A stretch of DNA of 64,000 bases from Candidatus Poribacteria bacterium (GCA_965205025.1 CBDBFU010000027.1:32001-96000), one strand, 5' to 3'; shown: positions 21,959 through 33,300, counted from the stretch's first letter. Made by a program: numbers and translations. The notes: a model not told the origin generated them from the letters alone.

Positions 21959-22210
21959 TTAGGAGAGATTGACAAGATGATGCCCACGTTCAAGTTTAAC
22001 CTGATGTAAATCAAATTCAACAAGTCGAATTACACCCGGTTCATCGTCATATACTACACCGATAGATGCAATTGTTTCTTCGGTTCCTAAAGGATCTTTA
22101 AATTCAACTATATCACGGACTTTTCCAGGATTCCCGTCAACAACAATTCTATCACCAACATTTAAGTCTTTTACATTCTGGAAAGGAATATACTTTATAG
22201 TATCTGTCAT
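21959..22210 (-). CDS. Small hypothetical protein (83 aa; beta-rich, possibly SH3/KOW-like)
   Basis: Clean ORF with AAGGA RBS; LNVGDRIVVDGNPGKV pattern. Confidence 0.6.
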   Translation of the reverse strand: MTDTIKYIPFQNVKDLNVGDRIVVDGNPGKVRDIVEFKDPLGTEETIASIGVVYDDEPGVIRLVEFDLHQVKLERGHHLVNLS

Positions 22211-22514
22211 TTTAGATTCCTTATAATATTATATTTGAATATATGAAATAGGATTGTCAGGATGTAAATTACAAATTGAATCTGTATTGCCAAATTACTT
22301 TACTGAACTAACAAGTAGTTTTATTTTGAAATACAATAGACGGTAAAGAAATAATCAACACATTCTGATTATAAACTATAAAGTTCAAAATGTCAAATTA
22401 CAATTCATTCTTATACCATTTCCAATTGATAGATTTACATTATGATTTAAGTAAAACAGGGACAATCATATACAGATCTATGAGTCCTGGGCTAATTTCT
22501 TTTTTATTTGCTTT

Positions 22515-23095
22515 TCTACGCACCTTTCGCCCCTCTGGGCTTATTGTTTTGCGTTTTTACGTTTTCTACACACCTTTCGCCCCTCTGGGGCTTATACATT
22601 ATAATAGTCACGTTTTCTACACACCTTTCGCCCCTCAAATCAACGGTATGAATGCGCGTATGGCATTCCCCGGGGCTTAGGGTATTGGTGATAACGACTT
22701 CTATAAACATTCCGTCCCTACGGGACTCAAGAATGTGTAGCACGCATTTTTGCTATAGACATTTCGTCCCGATGGGACTCAAGAATGTGTAGCACGCATT
22801 TTTGCTATAAACATTCCGTCCCTACGGGACTCAAGAATGTGTAGCACGCATTTTTGCTATAGACATTCCGTCCCGATGGGACTCAAGAATGTGTAGCACG
22901 CATTTTTGCTATAGACATTTCGTTCCTGCGGAACTCAGGAATATGGAACAAATATCTTTGCTATAAACATTTCGTAGATAGGTTTATTGAAGACACCCAT
23001 GTGTTTTTAGAATGGATATAGTCCCGTAGGGACGGAATGTCTATAGAAAACGTGTGTATTCCATAATTGAGTCCCGTAGGGACGGAATGTTTATT
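22515..23095. repeat. REP arrays: TTTTCTACACACCTTTCGCCCC units and a 52-bp tandem unit (~5 copies, 22701-22980)
   Basis: CTATARACATTYCGTCCCKAYGGGACTCAAGAATGTGTAGCACGCATTTTTG with period 52. Confidence 0.85.
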
Positions 23096-23142
23096 GAAAT
23101 CCGCGAATCAAAAAACTGATAGCCAACAGCTGATAGCCAAAC

Positions 23143-23191
23143 AAAAACAACAAGGAAACACAGACATCAAATCGGCTTCCTTGTTGTTTTT
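23143..23191 (-). terminator. Terminator-like hairpin downstream of the recombinase
   Basis: AAAACAACAAGGAA...TTCCTTGTTGTTTT stem. Confidence 0.6.
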
Positions 23192-23298
23192 GCTTGTTAA
23201 GTATATATATATTAATGTATTGTGTAGAGTGAATACGTTTCCGAACACCTACCAATCACCAATACAGATTATTCGTATAAAATTAACAGGTTTCAGTT

Positions 23299-24045
23299 TC
23301 ACGCTACTGCAGATGTATTTATATTTTGGATTCCTTTCTTATTGACCATCTCCTCAGGATCATACCCACGCCGAACCAGTTCTCCAAATAAAATATCATC
23401 CGCCACCTCTCCAACAGATGTTGAAGTATAGGTTTTCGGTTTTTCTGCCATTACAGAGATGGCTTCGCTTGCTTGCCTCAGTTTTGTATAGTTTACGCCA
23501 AGATATCTTTGTGTAGTCTTAACGTCGTTATGCCCGAGCATCTCACGTACCGTATATATATCGTTAGTTTGCTCATAAAGACGTTGTGCGTAACTTTTAC
23601 GCAAAGAATGTGTAGCAAGCTTCCCGTTGAGTCCGGCTTTTTTAAAGGCAACCTTTAATATAAGGTGTGCGGATTTCCGTGTCATCGGTTGTTTTCCCTG
23701 TCCGTTCCTTGAAGGGAAAACCGGTCGTGACATATTAAGTCGCTTCCCATACTGTTCTTGATGCCACTTGATAATTTCTTGAACCGCTATAGCTCCATCA
23801 GAATTCAGTGGCACTGCGCGTGATGTTTCTTTCCCCTTAACAATAGATTTGTCAAAAAGCAGATCCGTTACAGGCGCATTGTTCTGATAGACATCTGTGA
23901 GTCGAAGCCCCAACAGTTCAGAAATCCGTCCACCGGTAGAAACACCGAGTATAAACAGACATTTATTGCGTATGGCGAAAGTGCCTTCAAAGCATGCCAT
24001 AACCCGGCGTATTTCATCGTTCATGAGAGGTCTTGTACCTTTCAT
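23299..24045 (-). CDS. Tyrosine recombinase/invertase, catalytic-domain-only (FimB/FimE-like architecture)
   Basis: RNKCLFILGVSTGGRISELLGL, HSLRKS and LGHNDVKTTQRY supply the R-HxxR-H-Y residues; no N-terminal SAM domain; ATG at 24045 after GGAGG. Confidence 0.93.
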   Translation of the reverse strand: MKGTRPLMNDEIRRVMACFEGTFAIRNKCLFILGVSTGGRISELLGLRLTDVYQNNAPVTDLLFDKSIVKGKETSRAVPLNSDGAIAVQEIIKWHQEQYGKRLNMSRPVFPSRNGQGKQPMTRKSAHLILKVAFKKAGLNGKLATHSLRKSYAQRLYEQTNDIYTVREMLGHNDVKTTQRYLGVNYTKLRQASEAISVMAEKPKTYTSTSVGEVADDILFGELVRRGYDPEEMVNKKGIQNINTSAVA

Positions 24046-24700
24046 GGACACCTCCTAAAATAGATTTTATGTATAAAATTTATGTATAAGTATGTGTAAA
24101 TATGTATAAAGCAGTATATGCCGTATATTATGGTTATACGCTTTAATATATAAGCGTGTTGCAAGATAATTTGGCAGTAGTAGACATATTAAACACTGTT
24201 CTAATCACGCTTTAACCCGTGTGTCCCAACGCTCATACCTCCTCTGTATGGGGCGCTTCGATTCCCATTAGCGTCAATTTAGGAAAAAAATTTTGTATCC
24301 CAGGCCGGTAGGTGCGGTTTCCCAACCGCACCGAATTTGTGCCAAATCTTTGATTGAAAGCCTTCGTGTATAATCCACTTCGGTGAATCAACGGTATGAA
24401 TGCCATAAGGCATTCCCCGGGAAACCGAAGCTACCATTATTAAAGGTGAACTAAATTGACGCCTATAATGAAGGACCTCCAATTCCCGACGCTTCCATCC
24501 TTCCACCTCCTCTGTAGGAGGGAATTCCGATTCCCGATTCTTCCGATATATGATTTTCAAATATATAGTTAATCATATTAAGACAATAAACTTTTTATTA
24601 AGTAATATATTATTTATATATGACTTAATACGAATACATTTATTAACAGATACAATGTTTATAGGTAATTATCAATTACTTTTTATGAAATCATTATTTG

Positions 24701-24780
24701 AATGTGACAAAAATCCCCTTTTGTCAGGTTTAGACATGGTGGTCATAGATCAAAAAGACAAACAGGTTATCCCTGTCTGT
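24701..24780 (+). other. Putative recombination site 2
   Basis: AATGTGACAAAA-ATCCCC-TTTTGTCAGGTT (24701-24730) and invariant 25-mer (24756-24780); inverted relative to site 1. Confidence 0.7.
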
Positions 24781-24867
24781 TTAAATATTTAGTTTAGAAG
24801 ATTAGGTTAAGAAGATTTAATTTTCCCTGAATCTTTAACTTGAATTCAACAACTTTATAAGGAGTAT

Positions 24868-27800
24868 ATGATGTTATTGTCAAATAAATTGACATATTGT
24901 ATAACAACTTTTATTTTCCTGGTGGCGTTTGTAGCGGTGCCGGTGATGGCACACACGCCTGGTGACGGTCATGACGCTGCGCATGATGGTGATAATCCTG
25001 CAACTGCTGATGTAGTAGAAACAGATTTTGCAGAAGAAGTCAATCACACTCACACAGCCGCGCCAATGGTATCTGCTATTACAGCAGTTGACACAAAGGG
25101 TCTCCCCGCAGTGGGTGGTACATTAGTCAGCAATGTAGACGGAAGAGATATAGTGCTTGTGGATGATCTAACAGCAGCTGATGATGCACGCTTAGTTATT
25201 GCTCTTACTGATCATGATAATGATGCCACAACTGGCACTCCCCCAACTCCTGAGCAGCTCGCGGCGGGTGCTTTTCAATTGAAGATCACGTTTAATGAGG
25301 ATGTGTATCCCGTAGCTCAGGCTGGTACTACTGCTGGTGTAGCACCTGCCATTGCTGTTGATACTGGTGCTTTTACTGGTGTGACATTCCTCGCAGCAAC
25401 TAAAAATGGAGTGGATGTTTCTACCTCATTCACCCTTGGTACACTTACACGCGTACAAACTGCAGGGGCTGATACTACTGAAGCTACAGATGATGAATTT
25501 TCTTTAAGAGAATTTCTGGTACCGGTTACGGTGGGTGCAGGTTTAACGGAGCTTCAGCTCCCTGTATCGCTTTGGGTAACCGTGGGTGCTAATCAAGTAT
25601 ATACCTTATCGAAAATTGTCAATGGTGAAACAGTACAAGGTCGTGGAAACACAGAATATAGCACTCCTGGATCAGATCCGTTCTCCGTGGATGGTTATGT
25701 GGCACCAACAATAACAACACCAGATGATACTGCAGGTCCGGATATTGTTACATTCACTTCTTCCGCAGCTGATTCTGATGGTAATGTAACTTTTACGCTT
25801 ACCTTTAGTGAGGCTCTTGGAACAAGTGGTCTTATTCCAGCGGACCTTACGATTACTGGTGGAACGTTAGTAACAGACGGTATTACACCGGCAGGTTCAG
25901 CAACGGTTTATATGATAAAGGTTACCCCAGACGATGATCCGACAGAGGCTGAAGTTACAGTAAGGCTTAATGATGGGTCTGTATCAGATAAAGTCGATGG
26001 AGCTCGTTATGTGGAACCTATGGACGAAGCCGATGTGAAGATAGGTAGATATGATACCGTGAACCCAACGGTGAATGCAGTTGCTACAGGTGTTGTTGGA
26101 ACAGGTACAGGAACTGATGGCAACGGTATAGCAGTTGGCATGGTGAAACTTAGCGTCACTTTCAGTGAAGAACTTGGTAGTGACATGGCTGGTTTCGAAA
26201 ATGATGATATTGATAGAACGAATAGTAATGTGTTGTTAACTAACACCGATCCTATGTTAGCTACAATGCCTGAAGGCAACAAAACTGTTTGGGAATTGAC
26301 GGTTACACCTGTGCCAGCAAATGCCGCACAAGTTGTGATTGTTATTAAAGCAGGTTCAGTCATGGACATGGCTACTAATCCGTTATTGCAGGATACGATT
26401 GTAACGTGGACACGTCCTGGGGCTGACACAGAGAGTGATAATCCGGTCGTTACGATTGCACTCGATGCTGGTATGACTTACATTGACTCTGTGAGTGGTG
26501 GTACAGTTACCGTTACAGCCTCTGATAGTGGTAGTGGACTTGCGACCGGTGCGGAAATTATTGAAACTGAAGTCACTATTGAAAATGGAAGCATCATGGC
26601 AGGTAGTTTCACGAAAGGTGCAACTGCAACGTTCACTCTTATTCCAAATGTCGGTGCCATATCGGTAAAAGTGACGGTCGCCGCAGGTGCTGTGGCTGAC
26701 GCTGATGGTAATACCAATGTCCTTCAAACGGACATGACTAAGCCGAACGCGAACCCGATGACATTCAAAGTCGGTCCGACATTCACGATTCCCGCAAATA
26801 CAATATTGGTTGTCACCAAAACAGAAGGGTTGACACATCAATATCTTTCAGATCAACCGAGATTGCCGGTTACCTCAAATCCACCTGTGCCTGCTCCAGA
26901 TATTCAAACGGCTGTTTGGGATAATATGCCGGATTTAGAAGTGCTCTTTAGTCTATCTGGTGGCGGTAACGGCGGTACAATTAACTTAACGGAAGCAATG
27001 GGTCAGGACGAACTTTCACAGACACGTGATGGAGACAAACAACAAAGGAACTCTGTCCGTATATCTGAAGTGATGTGGGCATCTGATCTATCCATGCGTG
27101 GTGCACAAGACGACGCAGAAGCCGCTGAACAGTGGATTGAAATTAGTAATGATACAGGCGAAGAGGTTGAAATCTTCTTGTTCGCCAGAACAGGACGAGA
27201 TTCTGCTATCAACGTTGATGATGTAGAAGATAGAGTCGGTAACGCATATAATGGTAGTCCTGGTTCTGCACCGTGGGCAGTTAAGGGTCAGAACGGGAAT
27301 AGTTATACTGGTGTAGACTTTATCTCAATGCACAGAAGTTACGTGACCGGTGATAATCGCGGTTATGTGAATGGAACATCAAGTGGTCATTGGCATAATT
27401 CGGATAGAGAGTATCTCACACTGGCGACAAGAAACCCGAATGATGGTGCGCTTTATAATTATATCGGTTCACCGGGTCGTCCACATACTTTCAATCTAAC
27501 ACTACCGAATACCCGTGAACGTACTACAATGGTTGCGCGAGTAAAAGAGAAAAATGATGACGGCTCGGACAAAAAAGATGGAAACGGTAAGCAGATATAC
27601 AAAAGTGTGCCTACTGTTATCATCAATGAAGTTGCGAACCGTGACAATGCTAATGCCGAGTATGAATGGATTGAACTCAAGAACGTTAGCAGTAGCAATG
27701 TTAATTTACGGAACTGGATGATTTCAATGGTAACAGAAGTCGGAACAGACCGTCCATTAGTTCAGTTTCCGAATAACAATAATGCCCAGATTGGACCTGG

Positions 27801-29673
27801 AGAAGTTCTCCTGCTACTTGCTACGGATCCGAGACATGACGATGATCACCCGATCGCTGTCGGTCTGAACGTTGATATTCCTCATGCAAGTGATCAAGTA
27901 GATGGTCTGGGTCTCGTTGAAGGAGATAACAGTAACCGTAAACCACCAAGACAAAAAGTGGTAACTTTCGAAAATGGTGGTCTGCCTGATAATGGCAATT
28001 ATATATTGATTCTCCGTAGACATGACAACCATGAAGGTCATAGATCTGGTGTTGATGGCGGTAAAGGTGTTGCTGAAACCGGTGAAGCAGACATTGATAA
28101 AATCATGGATATTGCCGGGCACCATGAAGGATTGAGTAAATCCAACTATCCAGCGTCAACCCCAGAAGGTCTCAATAGTACAACCCTCTGGCCCTTGTGG
28201 AACTTCAACGGTGATATGCGTCCGCATCGTGGACATGGCGACTGGAATCACAGACGTCATAATCGTATTGAGGCAAACAAGGTTCGTTATCGTCAACACG
28301 TTTCTACTTATGCGAAAAACGATGGTGATGGTGGAACACCCGGTAACCGTGCAGGTACAGGTACAAATCACAAAGATGAAAATGTTGGAAACTACGCTTT
28401 CCGTGATGCAGATTATACCGGCCTCGGTTATAAACGTACTGCCAGAATAGCTGGCTACAATCACGGTACACCCGGATACGATGGTAATAGTGTTGGGAAT
28501 ACCGGTATTGTCAAAGCTACGGCTGCAGATGCTATGGTAACCATCAGTGAGGTCATGTATTCCACTGGTCCTGATGCTGATAATCCGATATTACCGCAGT
28601 GGATTGAGCTTTACAATAGTTCACCTACCGTCGCGGTTAATCTGAGAGGTTGGAAACTCCGCTTTGAAATGCTTGATGCTGATGGCAATCCGATGGATAG
28701 CCTCATGTACCTCGAATTCAATAAGAGTCGGGTGAAAACTATCCTTCCACAACAGACAGTTCTGATTGTTGCGGGGAATGCCAGACAAGCAAATAGTGAT
28801 TCTGCGACAGGTGGCGATGTGTTTAATGACAATCGTGTCTTCAATGTCTTCAGAGATTATGGTGGCGCGAATAAGTTCGGCGCGAACACACGTTATATGT
28901 TCTTCGATCAGAAAGTATTTTACATCGGAGTCATTGACAAAGATGGCAAGGTCGTAGACGAAGTCGGTAACCTTGACGGTGATTCCAGAACAAGTGATAC
29001 GAATAACTGGGAATTCCCATCTGGTATCGCTGCTGACGATAACCGTACATCTATCATCCGTGTCTATGATGATGCTGATGGTCTTGGCGGTGAATCTGGT
29101 AAGGCACGCACTGGAAAGAACACAGCAGAAAGTAATGTCATGCCTATTTTCGGAAGCGGTGACAAGAAAATGACAGATGATGACGGCATTGCTGATAAGT
29201 GGAGTTGGATACCCGCTGTGAATACCGAACGGGAATTCAAAATCACTATCAAGTCTACTTGGTACGGTGACGAAGACGATTACGGTACACCTGGAAACCG
29301 TCCGGGTATGGTGCTACCTGTTGAGTTATCACACTTCCGTCCCACACTTGAAGATGGCGAAGTTACGATCCGTTGGACAACCGAATCCGAACTTGACAAC
29401 GCCGGATTTAATATCCTTCGTAGTGAAACTCGGGACGGTGAGTATACACAGATCAACGCTGAGCTTATCGAAGGTGCTGGTACCACAGGTGAACGTAACA
29501 CCTATAAATGGGTTGATCAGACTGCCAAACCAGGTGTTGTGTACTACTACCAAATTGAAGATGTATCTTTTGCTGGTGAACGCCAAGCACTTGCTATAAC
29601 CAAGTTGAAAGGCTTAATCTCAGCAGAGAACAAACTTACAACGACGTGGAGTGAGCTAAAAGCTTCACAATAA
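24868..29673 (+). CDS. Cassette A2: giant secreted Ig-like plus lamin-tail-domain protein (1601 aa)
   Basis: Signal peptide (VMA-H), acidic Ig-like repeats, three LTD-like modules, LPVELSHF...KLTTTWSELK C-terminus; AAGGAG RBS. Confidence 0.92.
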   Translation: MMLLSNKLTYCITTFIFLVAFVAVPVMAHTPGDGHDAAHDGDNPATADVVETDFAEEVNHTHTAAPMVSAITAVDTKGLPAVGGTLVSNVDGRDIVLVDDLTAADDARLVIALTDHDNDATTGTPPTPEQLAAGAFQLKITFNEDVYPVAQAGTTAGVAPAIAVDTGAFTGVTFLAATKNGVDVSTSFTLGTLTRVQTAGADTTEATDDEFSLREFLVPVTVGAGLTELQLPVSLWVTVGANQVYTLSKIVNGETVQGRGNTEYSTPGSDPFSVDGYVAPTITTPDDTAGPDIVTFTSSAADSDGNVTFTLTFSEALGTSGLIPADLTITGGTLVTDGITPAGSATVYMIKVTPDDDPTEAEVTVRLNDGSVSDKVDGARYVEPMDEADVKIGRYDTVNPTVNAVATGVVGTGTGTDGNGIAVGMVKLSVTFSEELGSDMAGFENDDIDRTNSNVLLTNTDPMLATMPEGNKTVWELTVTPVPANAAQVVIVIKAGSVMDMATNPLLQDTIVTWTRPGADTESDNPVVTIALDAGMTYIDSVSGGTVTVTASDSGSGLATGAEIIETEVTIENGSIMAGSFTKGATATFTLIPNVGAISVKVTVAAGAVADADGNTNVLQTDMTKPNANPMTFKVGPTFTIPANTILVVTKTEGLTHQYLSDQPRLPVTSNPPVPAPDIQTAVWDNMPDLEVLFSLSGGGNGGTINLTEAMGQDELSQTRDGDKQQRNSVRISEVMWASDLSMRGAQDDAEAAEQWIEISNDTGEEVEIFLFARTGRDSAINVDDVEDRVGNAYNGSPGSAPWAVKGQNGNSYTGVDFISMHRSYVTGDNRGYVNGTSSGHWHNSDREYLTLATRNPNDGALYNYIGSPGRPHTFNLTLPNTRERTTMVARVKEKNDDGSDKKDGNGKQIYKSVPTVIINEVANRDNANAEYEWIELKNVSSSNVNLRNWMISMVTEVGTDRPLVQFPNNNNAQIGPGEVLLLLATDPRHDDDHPIAVGLNVDIPHASDQVDGLGLVEGDNSNRKPPRQKVVTFENGGLPDNGNYILILRRHDNHEGHRSGVDGGKGVAETGEADIDKIMDIAGHHEGLSKSNYPASTPEGLNSTTLWPLWNFNGDMRPHRGHGDWNHRRHNRIEANKVRYRQHVSTYAKNDGDGGTPGNRAGTGTNHKDENVGNYAFRDADYTGLGYKRTARIAGYNHGTPGYDGNSVGNTGIVKATAADAMVTISEVMYSTGPDADNPILPQWIELYNSSPTVAVNLRGWKLRFEMLDADGNPMDSLMYLEFNKSRVKTILPQQTVLIVAGNARQANSDSATGGDVFNDNRVFNVFRDYGGANKFGANTRYMFFDQKVFYIGVIDKDGKVVDEVGNLDGDSRTSDTNNWEFPSGIAADDNRTSIIRVYDDADGLGGESGKARTGKNTAESNVMPIFGSGDKKMTDDDGIADKWSWIPAVNTEREFKITIKSTWYGDEDDYGTPGNRPGMVLPVELSHFRPTLEDGEVTIRWTTESELDNAGFNILRSETRDGEYTQINAELIEGAGTTGERNTYKWVDQTAKPGVVYYYQIEDVSFAGERQALAITKLKGLISAENKLTTTWSELKASQ

Positions 29674-29873
29674 GGTTGAATTTCAGGGATAATTTAACCA
29701 ATTCTCCTCACAGTAAGGATGCTGCAGTATCCTTACTGTGGGAAATCTAACTAAAACTATTCCCGTTTAGGAGACTGTTGAAAATCCGGTGCAACAGTTT
29801 CCTACTGGGAATACTTAGCTAACCTAAGCTATTCAATAAAGTAAGGACATTGCTTGCAATGTCCTTACTTTAT
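29674..29873 (+). terminator. Four-hairpin 3' trailer of A2 with terminal stem 29836-29873
   Basis: Stems GGTTGAATT/AATTTAACC, CACAGTAAGGAT/ATCCTTACTGTG, TAGGAGACTGTTG/CAACAGTTTCCTA and ATAAAGTAAGGACATTGC/GCAATGTCCTTACTTTAT. Confidence 0.75.
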
Positions 29874-30354
29874 ATACACACAGTTTCCTACGATATGATT
29901 TATGGTAGGTTCGGTGAATCAACGGTATGAACACCTTTAGGCGTTCCCCGGGAAACCGCATCATATAGGCGTCAATTTAGTGGTTTTCCCAGGCCGGTAG
30001 GTGCGATTTCCTAATCGCACTGGATCCTTCGCGAAAAAATTTATGAACGCAATTGGAACAAACCCGGTTCGGTGAATCAACGGTATGAACACCTTTAGGC
30101 GTTCCCCGGGAAACCGAACCTACCGACCTGAAATTTATAGCGTACTTCTCCTTAAATTGACGCTAATGAATCAACGGTATGAATGCCTTATGGCATTCCC
30201 TGTGGTTAGGAAAACGCATCTACCGGGCATGAAAAAATAGGAAACGGCACTACCTTTGTTGAAGAAACACAAGATTACATAAAACCTTTTTCAAATTTCA
30301 GAAGACATTATCGAAGACATCATATTTTTCTTATATTTATTTAGGAGACATACA

Positions 30355-33300
30355 ATGAATAACACATTTTTCACGCGAAAGCTTGGACTCGGTATCCTCA
30401 TAGCGCTTGTATTCGCGTTTGGTGTGCAGAGCGTAGCAGACGCACAGTTGCGAGTTAGCAGCAGCAGAGGTGATTTACAAGTCAAACCTTTGGTTGCGAA
30501 CCAAACATTTGAGTTCTCGTTTTATATAAGCGGTATTCCAGGAAGCAGACCTGATACTTCTCCTGGGACTGCCGATACTGAGCGGGAAGAGATAACGATA
30601 ACTCCAACTGGCGGGGCTTTCACTGAAGTAAGAATGGGTAGCACACGCTACACATCAGCAACCAAAACTCTTACAGGGGCTTTCACGCTACAAGAATGGC
30701 ATGCCGATAATACCAATGGGATTGCTACTACCGCGGATGATACTGATCTTGGTGCTACTGAAGGTGACCTTGCTACCGGCACTGTAACTGTGACGGTTGA
30801 ACCTACAGCTGTCGGACCTATTACAGTTACAGTTGCTGCAGCAGGCGATTCAACCGGCGATTTTGAAACACTAACATTCACGGTTTATGCTGTACAAATT
30901 CCTACGGACGTTCAAGGTCTCAGGTTTGCAGCAAGCACTCCGACCGTAAATCCAACAACTAAAACAACCTATCCACCATTCGATCCGAATGTTCCCTTAT
31001 ATGATGAGGAAGTTATTGTCACGGTATTTGATGCTTCTGACGCAGCTGGAGGCAATCGGGCGTATGCACTTGTTGATTTTGAAGTTTTTGAGGGACCCGG
31101 ATTTGTTTATCAGGATCTGAACGATGACTCAGAACCTGACCCTGGTGAAAGCAGAAATTCAAAAACTACAAGAACATTAACTCGTCTGGGTACAGATAAC
31201 GATATGGCAAGGGTAAGACTGCGGACGAATGGCGGCACTAACAAAGTTCGCGCAACAATTACTAACACACAACCACCCCAAACCTACGAGATTACTTATC
31301 TCTATCAAGGAGACGGGACAACGACGACACCACCGCCACAACCAGGAGGTCCACAACTTACTGTTAACGCACCTGCCACCGGCACTGTCGGGCAACCGAT
31401 TACTGTTACAGCGACTGTCTCTGATAATCGCGCCCGTCGAGTGGTCGCTTTCTCAAGTAATAGAGGTGGCACTTTTTCACAAACTCCTATACTAACGGAG
31501 AGTAACGGTGTTGCAACAATACAGTTCACACCGAGTACTCCCGGGACAGTAACCATCACCGCACGCTCGACCGGCTATACAAACGGTACCGATACGGTTC
31601 AGGTCTCGTCAGCCCTCCCTCGCCTCACAGTGCTTACACCGACACCACCCATCAGAGGAAATACGGGGCAAAGACTAAACATAGTTATTGGCACAGGAGC
31701 TCCTGCGGGTCTAACAGTCACACTGACAGGCACCAATTTTCAACCTGCCATTGCCCAAGGTGTCACACTTTCCAACGGTTCCGTTACGATCCCCGTTACG
31801 CTACCGAATAATCCTGGGGGTCATCTACTCACTGCCAGTGCTCCTGGATATCAAAATACGAGTATCTCAGTGATTGTTGGAGGGGCAACGACTGGTGGCC
31901 CAGTGCAGTTAACGATTCCCAGCGGACAAACACAAACCGTGTCTATCGGGAGTAATGCTCCGTTGCGGGTACGTGTAACAAGTACAGTGTCGAATGTAAG
32001 GCAATCGGGTGTTACTGTCACGTTCCGCAATGCCAGTGGAACTACCATTCATACAGCTACTACCGTTAACGGCGAAGCCACCTATAACTTTCCTGTAGTT
32101 ATACTGGGTCCACACACGGTATCGGCAACTCTACTCGCGGCGAATAATGCTAATTTTGATGTAAGTGGCGTAACCCCTGTAACCTTTACGATCACAGGAA
32201 CAAGACAACAGCCAACGCAATCCACGCGACTCACAATTCTTCCTCCACGGAACAGTCTCAATCAAATATTGACCAGTGGGGGTCCAGGGGCATCCTATCC
32301 GTTGACAATTCTGTATAATAATACGCCGGCTCTCAACCAATTAATTACACTTACCGTTACGAACATCGCACAACCAACACAAATACCTGTCCAACCCATT
32401 ACGTTAATAACGGATGCAAATGGCAGAGCCACCACGCCGGATACATTCAGACTACCGACCACCCCCGGAACGTATACTATTAGAGCCACTATCGGCACCG
32501 AATTCCGAGAAATTACGGTTACAGTACTGGCGATTAGACTCGTGAAAGATGCAAGCGATAGCGTCTCTGGTGATAACCAGGAAGGGGACCGCGGCAAAGT
32601 GCTTGATGATCCGTTTCTCCTCAAAGTCATTCGGGACGTCGCTAATGTTGAAACCGCTGTACAAGGCGTACCGGTAACGTTTACGGTAGTTGATGGCGAT
32701 GGGGAACTTTCAACTTCAGGTAGTGCTACAAGCGGTTCCAATTCACTAACCGTCAACAGTGATACGAACGGTGAAGTGCGTGCATACCTTGTCTTGGGTG
32801 AAGACGATGAAGATAATAGGGTTCGCGCAAGCGCTGGGGATACTACTGTGACAAGTGTGTTCTTTGACGCTACAGGATCGCTCGTTCCAGATGCCATTGA
32901 AATCGTATCTGGTAATAACCAACGGGTAACACCGAACCGGTATACCGATCCGATGGTCGTCCGGGTTACAGATGAGGACGGCGACGATCTGCAAGGCGCA
33001 ACAGTGACCTTCAGTTTGAGAGGTCCCAGTGGCACCTTAACACCACGTACCGCAACGACAGATCGCAATGGTGAAGCAGAGGCAGAATTATTGCCACGTA
33101 GTGCCGGCACATACTTCGTTGAGGCAAGGGTTACGGGCGTCACATCTGTTCGCTTTACAATAACAGTCGGTGATTTAGCAGATTCTATAGAAATCTATTC
33201 CGGGAATAACCAGAGTGGTGACCCAGGAACAGAACTTGACGATCCACTTGTTGTTGAAGTGCTTGACGAAGATGACGATGTTGTTTCAGGTGTTACCGTA

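Noticed and set aside
8086-24045. Prophage/ICE integrated at tRNA-Lys/Glu
   Set aside because: The locus lies upstream of the tRNA 5' ends; no duplicated tRNA 3' end was seen; there are no phage or conjugation genes.
23299-29873. Integron (recombinase plus divergent cassettes with 3' hairpins)
   Set aside because: The protein is too short and lacks a recognisable IntI insertion; the trailers lack attC RYYYAAC/GTTRRRY ends; the shared sites are 5' of the genes and one cassette is inverted.
32295-33143. Long antisense ORFs within A/B genes (e.g. 32295-33143, 9625-10137, 38045-38542)
   Set aside because: Shadows of codon bias in the sense genes; no RBS or family motifs.
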